Assembly: GCA_964533415.1 (NCBI GenBank)
Contig: CAZHLV010000085.1
Span: forward strand, 628-64,627
DNA length: 64,000 bases
DNA from: an uncultured Hyphomicrobiales bacterium
GTDB lineage: Bacteria; Pseudomonadota; Alphaproteobacteria; Rhizobiales; BM303
Direction of reading: 5' to 3'
Shown here: one piece after another, positions 17,999 to 26,528 of the stretch
Layout of the letters: each line of letters begins with the position of its first letter
Position numbering within the stretch: position 1 is the first letter of the stretch
Notes under the pieces: model-generated
Told to the model about the DNA's origin: nothing
What the model saw: only the letters and a program-made list of their open reading frames with translations
Database searches by the model: none
Program-made: the position numbers and the translations under genes

Positions 17999-19429
17999 TC
18001 ACCATGCGCGCGCGTTGCTCATCGCTGGCGGTAAAAGAGGCCGCCCCTCTTTGAGCGGATAAATGCCAACCCCTTTTTGAAGCGCCCGCTCGCGCAGTTC
18101 CTGGGCGTTCATGCCGCCAGAGGGGAGGGTCCAGATGAGATGCATGCCGCAATCGGTGCCGGTAACATCGGCTTCACCGAATTCTTCGCGGATGGCGCCA
18201 ATCAGAGCGGCCTGCCGGCGCAGGTAAACCTGCCGGATCTTACGTAAATGCCGGTTAAAACCGCCGCTGGCGATAAACTCGGCCAAAACGGCCTGCTCCA
18301 GCCATGGATTGCCATTGTTCAGCAGCCCCTTAAGGGTGGTCAATGGTTCCACCAGCGCAGAGGGCGCGACGATATAGCCGGTGCGAATGCCCGCCCCGAT
18401 GGATTTTGAAAAGGTGCCGAGATAAATCACGCTTTCATGGCGATCCAGCCCGGCGAGGGCAAAAAGCGGCGAGCCACGATAGCGAAAATCACTGTCATAA
18501 TCATCTTCGATGATATAAGCCCCCGATGTCCAGGCCCATTCCAGCAGCTTGAAGCGGCGCTCCAGCGACAAGGTGCTGCCCAGCGGGTATTGGTGCGAAG
18601 GGGTAACATAGATAAGGCTCACCGGCCCTTCGGGAAGCTGTTCGACATCAAGCCCGGCCTGGTCCACCGGAACCGGGGTGATCTGCGCCCGCGCCGCGCG
18701 AAATACATAGGCCGCGCCTTGATAACACGGACTTTCAATTGCCACGCTGGTTTCTGAACCAACCAGGAGACGAGAAATCAGGCTCAGGGCCTCCTGAATA
18801 CCACCGACAATGATAATCTGCTCCGGCGATACATTGATGCCGCGTGCCGGGCCAAGGTGATCGGCAATCGCCTCGCGCAATTCGGGCAAGCCCGCCGGGT
18901 CGTTATACTGGGTCATTCCAGCGTGGCCGTGCTCGATTTTCTGGTCAAGGATGCGTTTCCAGATTCGGGCGGGAAAAGTCGCGGCATCGGGCCGGCCAAC
19001 AATGAAATCAATGCACGGTTTTGATGCCTTGCGGGGGAAAATCCTGTGCAAACGGCCATGAAACAGCAACGGGTGACGCCGGGCCATTTGTTCGGCCTTT
19101 TCCTGCTTCGTGGGGCGGCGCTGGGTAATCAGCAGGGATTGTTCGGGCAAATGGGGAGAGACATAGGTGCCCACCCCCGGCTTGGTCACCAGATAGCCCT
19201 CGCAAATCAAACGCTCATAGGAGAGAATGACCGTGTTCTTTGAAACCTTGAGCTGCGCCGCCATCTCGCGGAAAGACGGGAGAATGACACCCGATTTCAA
19301 GACCCCGTCAATTATGAGTTGCTGGATCCCGCGAAAAATCTGGATTTGCAGGTTTTCACCCGATTTCCGGTCAATAATCAGAGGAAGCTGTTCACTCTTG
19401 CGCAAGGTATCGGTTTTCGGAATGCCCAT
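17999..19429 (-). CDS. MocR/GntR-family transcriptional regulator with aminotransferase-like (PLP) domain
   Basis: 476 aa. An N-terminal wHTH (LPSFREMAAQLKVSKNTVILSYERL) is followed by a fold-type-I aminotransferase-like domain (YLGTFSKSIGAGIRTGY). Confidence 0.85.
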   Translation of the reverse strand: MGIPKTDTLRKSEQLPLIIDRKSGENLQIQIFRGIQQLIIDGVLKSGVILPSFREMAAQLKVSKNTVILSYERLICEGYLVTKPGVGTYVSPHLPEQSLLITQRRPTKQEKAEQMARRHPLLFHGRLHRIFPRKASKPCIDFIVGRPDAATFPARIWKRILDQKIEHGHAGMTQYNDPAGLPELREAIADHLGPARGINVSPEQIIIVGGIQEALSLISRLLVGSETSVAIESPCYQGAAYVFRAARAQITPVPVDQAGLDVEQLPEGPVSLIYVTPSHQYPLGSTLSLERRFKLLEWAWTSGAYIIEDDYDSDFRYRGSPLFALAGLDRHESVIYLGTFSKSIGAGIRTGYIVAPSALVEPLTTLKGLLNNGNPWLEQAVLAEFIASGGFNRHLRKIRQVYLRRQAALIGAIREEFGEADVTGTDCGMHLIWTLPSGGMNAQELRERALQKGVGIYPLKEGRPLLPPAMSNARAW

Positions 19430-19774
19430 TTCCCAGCCTTTACAGTTATCAAGGAAAGATCAAGACAGTACCTGACTATATCACATTTTTTCATAAAAAC
19501 ATGGGTACAGTCAAAATACCCGTCATGGGTTCAGCACGGAAGATTGACACTCTCCCGCACGTCTGTTCCAAAAATCGGGCAAAACATCCTTGCTATGGGG
19601 TTGATGATTTGGAGGACGTTCTGTCTACCAACAAGGAGAGGTGGCGAAAACCGGTTGTATGCGCCGGGTCAGGCCTGTCAAGGCCAAAGAATGAACATAA
19701 CTTGGCTAACCTTACGAAAAAACCAGCTAATCCAAAACGTAATCCATTGAAATGAAAGGATCCTAAAATGTATA

Positions 19775-19864
19775 TGGCGGATGGGGTGGGATTCGAACCC
19801 ACGAGACGCTTGCACGCCTGCCGGTTTTCAAGACCGGTGCCTTCAACCGCTCGGCCACCCATCC
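19775..19864 (-). tRNA. tRNA-Ser (anticodon UGA)
   Basis: The reverse complement is GGATGGGTGGCCGAGCGGTTGAAGGCACCGGTCTTGAAAACCGGCAGGCGTGCAAGCGTCTCGTGGGTTCGAATCCCACCCCATCCGCCA. It has a 7-bp acceptor stem, anticodon loop CTTGAAA, a long variable arm, a GTTCGAATC T-loop and an encoded CCA. Confidence 0.95.
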
Positions 19865-19928
19865 CGGATCACATCTCTTTTGCCACAGGCAAAACGTGGA
19901 TCACGAAAATGCCCTTGACCTCCATTAC

Positions 19929-20035
19929 CTAGAGCATTTCCGGTTTTGATTGAATCAAAACCTGGCTCTAACTCCTTGCTTCTACCTCACTTCTTATCGG
20001 AAAACCGGTCCCCGCTTTTCCGGAAGCGCTCTAGA
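19929..20035. repeat. Composite palindromic intergenic element bounded by CTAGAGC...GCTCTAG
   Basis: Terminal inverted heptamers lie at 19929-35 and 20028-34. A perfect 10-bp palindrome, ggttttgatt-g-aatcaaaacc, lies at 19942-19962. An internal module, tcggaaaaccggtccccgcttttccgga, recurs inverted at 20149-20181. Confidence 0.6.
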
Positions 20036-20097
20036 ATATAGGTACAGGATATCCCGGTGCGACTGGCAACATAACCGATTCAATTCCCAGTTACCAC

Positions 20098-20117
20098 AAC
20101 CTGTTTCAGGTTTTTTT
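20098..20117 (+). terminator. Orphan rho-independent terminator-like hairpin plus T-run
   Basis: The sequence aacctg-ttt-caggtt is followed by ttttt. No plus-strand CDS lies upstream. Confidence 0.4.
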
Positions 20118-20148
20118 CAGAACCTCCAGAAAGGTCATGAGACAAGTG

Positions 20149-20181
20149 CTTCGGGAAAAGTGGGAACCGGTTTTCCCGAAG
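20149..20181. repeat. Second copy of the cttcSggaaaagYgggRaccggttttcc hairpin module
   Basis: The stems cttcgggaaaa and ttttcccgaag (11 bp) flank gtgggaaccgg. The reverse complement of 19997-20026 is near-identical. Confidence 0.6.
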
Positions 20182-20266
20182 TGCCCAAGCCATCCACAGG
20201 ATGGCAATGGCATGGATAGCCGGGAGAGAATCGAAAGACTTCTCATGGCGGGTACGGTTTGGGACA

Positions 20267-20560
20267 TCAGGGCTTTTCTTCAGGCAGGAGCCATTTGAAG
20301 GCGCGGATTTCAACGTTTTCAAAAACGCCGGCCCTGGCATAAGGGTCCCGGGCCGCGATTGTGCGGGCTTCGTCGATATTTTCGGCCTCGATAATAACAA
20401 GGGAGCCGCGCGGCTCGGTCCCTTCATCATTCATGAAGGGACCGGCCATCTTCAGACGGTCGCCGAGTTGATCGAGAAAGGCAAGGTGGTCGGGGCGGTT
20501 TTTCATTCGCAGTTCCAGCCCTTCGCCGGGCTTGTCGGTGCAGATTATGGAAAACAGCAT
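20267..20560 (-). CDS. YciI-family protein
   Basis: Part of ORF 20267..20641. The start is set at MLFSIICTDKPG (cat at 20558..20560). The length (97 aa) and sequence are typical of YciI-like proteins. Confidence 0.75.
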   Translation of the reverse strand: MLFSIICTDKPGEGLELRMKNRPDHLAFLDQLGDRLKMAGPFMNDEGTEPRGSLVIIEAENIDEARTIAARDPYARAGVFENVEIRAFKWLLPEEKP

Positions 20561-20627
20561 GATTTGCTCCTTTTGACATTCATGTTTGTTCCCGCAGCCT
20601 TCATTGGTCCATGAAGCAGGCGGGGCC

Positions 20628-21629
20628 CTACGTGGTTTCATCTTTCATCGGGCGGGCCAGCAGACGGGTGATTTCCTGCCCGACGCTTTGGCCTTCATGG
20701 AGAATGGCGTGCACGGCGGCGCAAATGGGCATTTCCACACCTGCTGTTGCAGCTTTTTGCAAGATAATCTTGGCGGTATGCACCCCTTCGCTGACGCTCT
20801 GGCGGCTCTGCATGATTTGCTCCAGGGTTTTCCCCTGCCCCAATGCCGCGCCCAGCGACATGTTGCGCGATTGCAGGGAGCCGCAGGTCAAGATGAGGTC
20901 GCCAAGCCCTGAAAGCCCGGCAAGGGTTTCACGCCTTGCGCCAAGGGCAACGGCAAGACGGGTGAGTTCGGCAAAACCGCGTGCCGTGAGGGCGGCGCTG
21001 GCGCTGGCGCCGAGTTTGCGGCCTTCAACAATGCCGCAGGCGATGGCCAGAACATTTTTCACCGCACCGCCGATTTGCGCGCCGATCAGGTCGTCGGAAA
21101 GATAAAGCCGGAAGGTTGCGGTGTTGAGCACCCTTGCGATGCGTTTGCCCATATCGGTATCTCTTGCCGCCAGGGTGACGGCAGTGGGCAGGCCTTTGGC
21201 GACCTCCCCGGCAAAACTGGGGCCGGAAAGAATGACGGGATGGCTTTGCGGCAGGGTGTCGGCCGTGATCTGCGACATCAAATGCCCGGTGCGCATCTCG
21301 ATCCCCTTGGAGCACAGGACAATGGGTGTTCCGGCTTCTACATGGGGGGCCATTTGCGCCATGATTGTCCGGCTGTGCTGCACCGGGGTGACCAGCAGCA
21401 GGATGCTGTTCTTGCAAGCCGCCGTGATATCCGCCGTTGCGGTTATAGCCGGATCAAGCGGGATTCCGGGGAGGTATTTGTTGTTTTCCAGGTTTTGCGT
21501 GATCTGCTCTGCGATTTCTGGCTCAAAGGACCAGAGCGTGGTTCGGCAACCTGCCCGCGCGGCGATATTGGCCAGCGCCGTTCCCCATGCGCCTGCGCCG
21601 ATGACGCCAAGGGTTTGTCTTGTGTTCAT
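20628..21629 (-). CDS. gpsA: NAD(P)H-dependent glycerol-3-phosphate dehydrogenase
   Basis: 333 aa with N-terminal [14 protein letters not shown]. Overall similarity is GpsA-like. Confidence 0.9.
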   Translation of the reverse strand: MNTRQTLGVIGAGAWGTALANIAARAGCRTTLWSFEPEIAEQITQNLENNKYLPGIPLDPAITATADITAACKNSILLLVTPVQHSRTIMAQMAPHVEAGTPIVLCSKGIEMRTGHLMSQITADTLPQSHPVILSGPSFAGEVAKGLPTAVTLAARDTDMGKRIARVLNTATFRLYLSDDLIGAQIGGAVKNVLAIACGIVEGRKLGASASAALTARGFAELTRLAVALGARRETLAGLSGLGDLILTCGSLQSRNMSLGAALGQGKTLEQIMQSRQSVSEGVHTAKIILQKAATAGVEMPICAAVHAILHEGQSVGQEITRLLARPMKDETT

Positions 21630-22726
21630 GCTTTTACTCCTGCGCCTTTCAAGGGCGCGGCCTTGCTGTCCAGCGGCCAGCGCGCCCGGGCCGGAATATC
21701 CAGATTGTCGGTCAGGCCAAGGCTGAGTTTTTCTGCCCCCGCCCAGGCGATCATGGCGCCGTTATCGGTGCAGAGTCGGGGCGGCGGGATGGTCAGTTCA
21801 AAACCTTCGTTTTTACAAAGCCGGGTCAGGCTCTCCTTGATCGCGGCATTGGCGGCGACCCCGCCCGCCATGACAAAATTGCGCGGGATATCTCCGGCGA
21901 GGCTTTGCGCATGGATTTGCATGGCCAAGGCGCATTTTTCGCTCAACACATCCGTGACCGCGGCCTGAAATGAAGCACAAAGGTCGCAGATATCCTGTTT
22001 ACCCAGCGGTTCGGCATTTTGTGCGGCGTGCCTTACAGCGGTTTTCAGGCCGGAGAAGGAAAAATTGGGTTCAGGGCTTCCCTTGAGCGGGCGCGGCAGG
22101 GCAAAACGTTCCGGGTTACCGCCAAGGGCGGCCTTTTCCACCGCCGGGCCGCCGGGAAAGCCAAGCTGCAGGAGCTTGGCGGTTTTATCATAAGCCTCGC
22201 CCAGCGCGTCATCAATGGTGGCGCCGATGCGGCGGTAATGCCCGATGCCCGAAACAGTCAGAAGCTGGGTGTGCCCGCCCGAGGCCAGCAGCAGCAGATA
22301 GGGGAATTTCACCCCATTGGTGAGGCGCACGGTCAGGGCATGGCCTTCCAGGTGATTGACGCCGATGAGGGGAAGATCATGGGCAAGGGCGATTGCCTTG
22401 GCGCTCATCAACCCCACCATGACCCCGCCGATCAGTCCCGGCCCGGAAGTGGCGGCAACCCCGTCAAGATCGGCAAAGGTGACATGGGCCTCCTCCAGCG
22501 CCTCGATGATAAGCCGGTCGATATGCTCCACATGGGCGCGGGCGGCGATCTCCGGCACGACGCCGCCATAAGGCGCATGATCCTCGATTTGCGAAAGCAC
22601 CACATTGCTCAGGATCTCGCCGCGCCCGTCCCCGTGACGGCGCACGACGGCAATGGCCGTTTCATCACAGCTCGATTCCAGTCCGAGGATTGTCAACTCT
22701 TGCGGCGTTGCGCTCAAATGGGTCAC
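21626..22726 (-). CDS. tsaD: tRNA N6-adenosine threonylcarbamoyltransferase
   Basis: [12 protein letters not shown] plus GVNHLEGH motifs. I moved the start to GTG at 22726, because the longer ORF would overlap the divergent hemC. Confidence 0.85.
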   Translation of the reverse strand: MTHLSATPQELTILGLESSCDETAIAVVRRHGDGRGEILSNVVLSQIEDHAPYGGVVPEIAARAHVEHIDRLIIEALEEAHVTFADLDGVAATSGPGLIGGVMVGLMSAKAIALAHDLPLIGVNHLEGHALTVRLTNGVKFPYLLLLASGGHTQLLTVSGIGHYRRIGATIDDALGEAYDKTAKLLQLGFPGGPAVEKAALGGNPERFALPRPLKGSPEPNFSFSGLKTAVRHAAQNAEPLGKQDICDLCASFQAAVTDVLSEKCALAMQIHAQSLAGDIPRNFVMAGGVAANAAIKESLTRLCKNEGFELTIPPPRLCTDNGAMIAWAGAEKLSLGLTDNLDIPARARWPLDSKAAPLKGAGVKA

Positions 22727-22830
22727 GTTTTTTCTATACCTGGTGAATTTGATGGGTATATTGCGGTCAAATCTGAAAACATTCACGAAAGTGCAGGATA
22801 TCCCTGCACGATACACGCGGAGAAAACACC

Positions 22831-23760
22831 ATGCAATCACCAAGGCTTCGACTGGGGACAAGGGGCAGCCCGCTGGCCATGGCCCAGGCGCATGAAGTGC
22901 GCGGCAAGCTCATGGCGGCACACGGGCTTGGTGAGGACGAAATCGAGATTGTTGTTATCAAGACCATTGGTGACCAGATTCTTGACCGGGCGCTGGCGGA
23001 AGTTGGCGGCAAGGGGCTGTTCACCAAGGAGATCGAGACCGCGCTCATAGAGGGCGAAATTGATCTGGCGGTGCATTCCATGAAGGATATGCCCACCGTG
23101 CTTCCCGATGGACTGGTCATTTCCACCATGCTGGAGCGTGAAGATACGCGCGATGCCTTCATCAGCAACAAGGCGGCGCGCCCGCAGGATCTGCCGCAAG
23201 GCGCGGTGGTGGGCACCGCCTCGCTGCGGCGGCAGGCGCAACTGAAACATATGCGCCCCGATCTTGAAGTCATTACCTATCGCGGCAATGTGCAGCGGCG
23301 GCTGGAGAAGCTTGAAGAAGGCGTGGTTGACGCCACGTTTTTAGCCTATGCCGGGCTGCGGCGGCTGGGGCTTGAGGATGTGATAACCAGCATCGTGCCG
23401 CATGAGGACATGCTGCCCGCCGTGGCGCAGGGGGCAATCGGGATTGAAATCCGGCAAGGGGATGACAAAACGGCGGCGCTGCTGGCCCCTGTCAATCATC
23501 AGACAACGCAGATTTGCGTCAATGCGGAGCGGGCCTTCCTGCATGTTCTGGACGGCTCCTGCCGTACGCCGATTGGCGGGCTGGCGCAGATCACCGGCGA
23601 TCGGGTTTCATTCCGCGGCATGATTCTCACCCCTGATGGCCGCATTTGCCACGAGACGGGCCGCGAGGGGCCTGTTGGTGAGGCCGGGGCTTTGGGCCGG
23701 GATGCCGGAGAGGAATTGAAGGCAAGGGGCGGCCCTGACTTTTTTGCCGGATCCGGATAA
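22831..23760 (+). CDS. hemC: Hydroxymethylbilane synthase (porphobilinogen deaminase)
   Basis: [16 protein letters not shown]-terminus and a 309-aa length typical of HemC. Confidence 0.92.
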   Translation: MQSPRLRLGTRGSPLAMAQAHEVRGKLMAAHGLGEDEIEIVVIKTIGDQILDRALAEVGGKGLFTKEIETALIEGEIDLAVHSMKDMPTVLPDGLVISTMLEREDTRDAFISNKAARPQDLPQGAVVGTASLRRQAQLKHMRPDLEVITYRGNVQRRLEKLEEGVVDATFLAYAGLRRLGLEDVITSIVPHEDMLPAVAQGAIGIEIRQGDDKTAALLAPVNHQTTQICVNAERAFLHVLDGSCRTPIGGLAQITGDRVSFRGMILTPDGRICHETGREGPVGEAGALGRDAGEELKARGGPDFFAGSG

Positions 23761-23766
23761 GGCTTC

Positions 23767-24492
23767 ATGCGAATTCTCATTACCCGTCCTGAAATTGACG
23801 CCGCACCGTTGGCCAAGGCGCTGGAGGCGCGGGGGCATGTCGCGGTTATCATGCCCTTGCTGGATATCCGCTTTCGGGATTTCGGGATAAACCCGTCTTG
23901 CTATCGCGGTGTTCTGGCGACCAGCGCCAATGGGGTAAGGGCTCTGGAGCGTTGCAACAGTTTTGAAAATATCAAGACCTTGCCACTTTACGCGGTGGGG
24001 CCGGCAAGCGCGGCAGAGGCGCGCCGCGCCGGTTTTGCCCATGTGGAGACGGCGGGCGGTGATGTTGTCCGCCTTGGCGAGCATGTAAGAACGCATCTTG
24101 AGGCTGAAGGCGCGCCGCTCTTGCATGTCAGCGGCAAGGCGGCGGCGGGCGATTTGCAGGGGATGCTGGACGGTTTCGGGTTCAGGGTCGAGCGAATCAT
24201 TGGCTATGAGGCCAAAAAGGCAAGGGGTTTTACACCGCAGGTTCTCCAGATGTTGCAAGAAGGCGATATCAATGCGGTTTTGCTATATTCGCCGCGCACG
24301 GCGGTGATTTTTTCCGATCTCGTTCGGCAAAGCGGTTTGGATGAGGCTCTTGGCCATGTCCGGTTTTTCTGCCTGTCGGATACGGTTGGCGCGAAACTGG
24401 CCAGGATCAGCGCCAAAGCCGTTCTTGTTGCGCAATCACCCGATCAGGACGCCCTGCTTGATCTTGTGGAGCAATGTAGCCAAGATAGATAA
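23767..24492 (+). CDS. hemD: Uroporphyrinogen-III synthase
   Basis: 241 aa, HEM4-like (MRILITRPE...), directly after hemC. Confidence 0.8.
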   Translation: MRILITRPEIDAAPLAKALEARGHVAVIMPLLDIRFRDFGINPSCYRGVLATSANGVRALERCNSFENIKTLPLYAVGPASAAEARRAGFAHVETAGGDVVRLGEHVRTHLEAEGAPLLHVSGKAAAGDLQGMLDGFGFRVERIIGYEAKKARGFTPQVLQMLQEGDINAVLLYSPRTAVIFSDLVRQSGLDEALGHVRFFCLSDTVGAKLARISAKAVLVAQSPDQDALLDLVEQCSQDR

Positions 24493-24552
24493 ATTCCAGT
24501 ACATCAATCCTGTACATATTTTCTTTGCAAAACGATTCGTATCAGAGGTCAA

Positions 24553-26523
24553 ATGGCGGATAAATCGGGCAGTGGTAAAAAAACAGATGCCGCGAAAAAA
24601 GCAGCGCAGGCAAAATCCGGAAAATCAGCGCGCGGACGCACCATCGAGCTTACGGCTGAAGATGTAACGCCTTCTGAAAAGACGGCAAGGAAAGCCGGTG
24701 CGCCCCGGTCTGCACCGGAAAAATCCACCGATCCGGAACCAACCGGGACGCCGCAAGGGAAAACCAAGCCAAGTAAATCCAGGCCAAATGAAGCCATGGC
24801 CACGCCCTCGGTGCAGGTGGTCAAGCGAGGCGGGTTTGGTCTTTTCCTCCTCTCCAGCATTACCGGGGCGGCGCTGGCGCTGGGGGTCGGCTATGGGCTT
24901 TTGGCGTTCAGGGTGATCGCCTTGCCGGATGACAACAAGGCGCAGGTTATCAAGGCTCTCGGCAAGCTGGAAGGGCAGGTCAAGGGGGCCGGAAAGCTCA
25001 CCGAAGAACGCCTTGCCGCGTTTGAGGCAAAAACGCAAAGCAAGGCGCAGGTTTATTCCGACATGCTGGCCAGGGCAAACGGAGACTTGGCCGCGCTCAA
25101 GGATCAAATGACCGGGGTAAAAGCCCAGGTGGCCGGGCTTGATGCGGCGGCAAAAAACAATGCCAAGTCGCTGGCGGCGGTCAACACGGCGGCGCAATCG
25201 GCCCTGAAACAGGTTGAGACGCTGGCGCTCCGGCTGGATGAAGAGAGCAAGTCAAGGGCAAAACTTGGTCCCTCCATTGCCGCCAATACGGCGCAGGTGC
25301 AAAAACGGGCGGCGGAAATTGCCCGGCTGACAGGTGAACTCGGTGCGGTCAAGACCGGGACCTCACGCCTGGCGAGCCGGGTGGATGATCTGTTCAAGGG
25401 GCTGAAAGATATCGAAAAGGCAGTTGTGGAAGCTGGCGTTCAGGGCGGCGGCGCACCAAGCTCGGCGGGAGTGCGCATTTCGCTGCTGGGCAACAAGTTC
25501 AAGCGCCTGGAACAGGATATGGCGGGGTTGCGCAATACGCTCAAATCCCTGCCCGCGGTGCCGCCGGATGTAACGCCGCAGATCGCGGTGCTGGAGAAAT
25601 CCCTGGCCCGGATTACCAGGGGGATTGGAGACCTGGGGGCGCGGGATGCAGCGCGAGAGGATGCCTTGCGGCGCTTGCAGGACAAAACCGAAACGCTCGG
25701 TCACGAGATAGGGAAAATCGCTTCCCTGGATGAGCGTCTTGAGGGATTGAGCAAGAAACTTGATGCCTTGCAGGTTGATCTTGGCCTTGTCGGCAAGGCG
25801 GCGGATACACTCAGGGTCGGGGAAGGAGGGCGTTCCGGGGCCCTGGATGCGCTGGCCGGACAGATTGAGGCGGTACGCGCGGAGTTGACCGGCAAGATCG
25901 CCAAACTGGAGAAACTCACCGCCGGGATCGCCGAGGCTGAATCAAGACTGAACGCCGTTGATGCACGGCTCAAGGATGTCAAATCGGTGCAGGCGGCCCT
26001 TGCGGTTCAGCAAAAACAGGCGGCGAGGGTGCAAAGCGCCAACCGGCTGCAACGGGTCTTGCTGGGCGGGGCTCCCTATAAGGATGCCCTGTTCGCCTTC
26101 ATGGAGGTTGCGCCGGGTATCAAGATACCCGAAAGCGTAAATGCAAGGGCATCGAGCGGTGTTTTGACAATGGCGCAGTTGCGCGCCCGTTTTGGCGCCT
26201 TGCGCGAGACGCTTGAGGCGCAGAATATTCTTGATGGTGGTTCGGGGCTCATGGGCAAGATCATGAAAAGTGCCGGCTCGGTTGTCTCGGTGCGGCGCAC
26301 CGGTCCGACGGCGGGGATGAGCGCCGGCGCGATTGCCTCGCGGATTGCGGATCATCTGGAAAAGGGCAATCTGGCCCTGGCGCTGAAAGAGGCAGAAGGC
26401 TTTAAAGGGGATGCGCGGGAGAAAGCCGCGCCGTGGATCAGGCAGGCGCAGGCGCGACTGGATGCGGAAAAATTCGCCGCGGATCTGGGTGCGCTGGTTT
26501 ATTCGGACCATGAAGGGGAGTAG
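24553..26523 (+). CDS. Mitofilin/Mic60-like coiled-coil membrane protein (alphaproteobacterial Mic60 homolog candidate)
   Basis: A basic N-terminal tail is followed by one TM segment (GGFGLFLLSSITGAALALGVGYGLLAF), a coiled coil of more than 350 aa, and a C-terminal block. The block reads LGGAPYKDAL...GNLALALKEAEGFKGDAREKAAPWIRQAQARLDAEKF and resembles the mitofilin domain. The gene lies between hemD and the hemY-like gene. Confidence 0.65.
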   Translation: MADKSGSGKKTDAAKKAAQAKSGKSARGRTIELTAEDVTPSEKTARKAGAPRSAPEKSTDPEPTGTPQGKTKPSKSRPNEAMATPSVQVVKRGGFGLFLLSSITGAALALGVGYGLLAFRVIALPDDNKAQVIKALGKLEGQVKGAGKLTEERLAAFEAKTQSKAQVYSDMLARANGDLAALKDQMTGVKAQVAGLDAAAKNNAKSLAAVNTAAQSALKQVETLALRLDEESKSRAKLGPSIAANTAQVQKRAAEIARLTGELGAVKTGTSRLASRVDDLFKGLKDIEKAVVEAGVQGGGAPSSAGVRISLLGNKFKRLEQDMAGLRNTLKSLPAVPPDVTPQIAVLEKSLARITRGIGDLGARDAAREDALRRLQDKTETLGHEIGKIASLDERLEGLSKKLDALQVDLGLVGKAADTLRVGEGGRSGALDALAGQIEAVRAELTGKIAKLEKLTAGIAEAESRLNAVDARLKDVKSVQAALAVQQKQAARVQSANRLQRVLLGGAPYKDALFAFMEVAPGIKIPESVNARASSGVLTMAQLRARFGALRETLEAQNILDGGSGLMGKIMKSAGSVVSVRRTGPTAGMSAGAIASRIADHLEKGNLALALKEAEGFKGDAREKAAPWIRQAQARLDAEKFAADLGALVYSDHEGE

Positions 26524-26528
26524 CGGAT

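Noticed and set aside
19581-19607. Possible degenerate att-site copy of the tRNA-Ser 3' end. ctATGGGGTtGatGATTtGgagg resembles cggATGGGGTgGGATTcGaacc, hinting at an integrated island.
   Set aside because: Only a 7-mer and a 4-mer match, which is within chance expectation. There is no integrase or mobile gene, and the flanking genes look like ordinary chromosomal genes.
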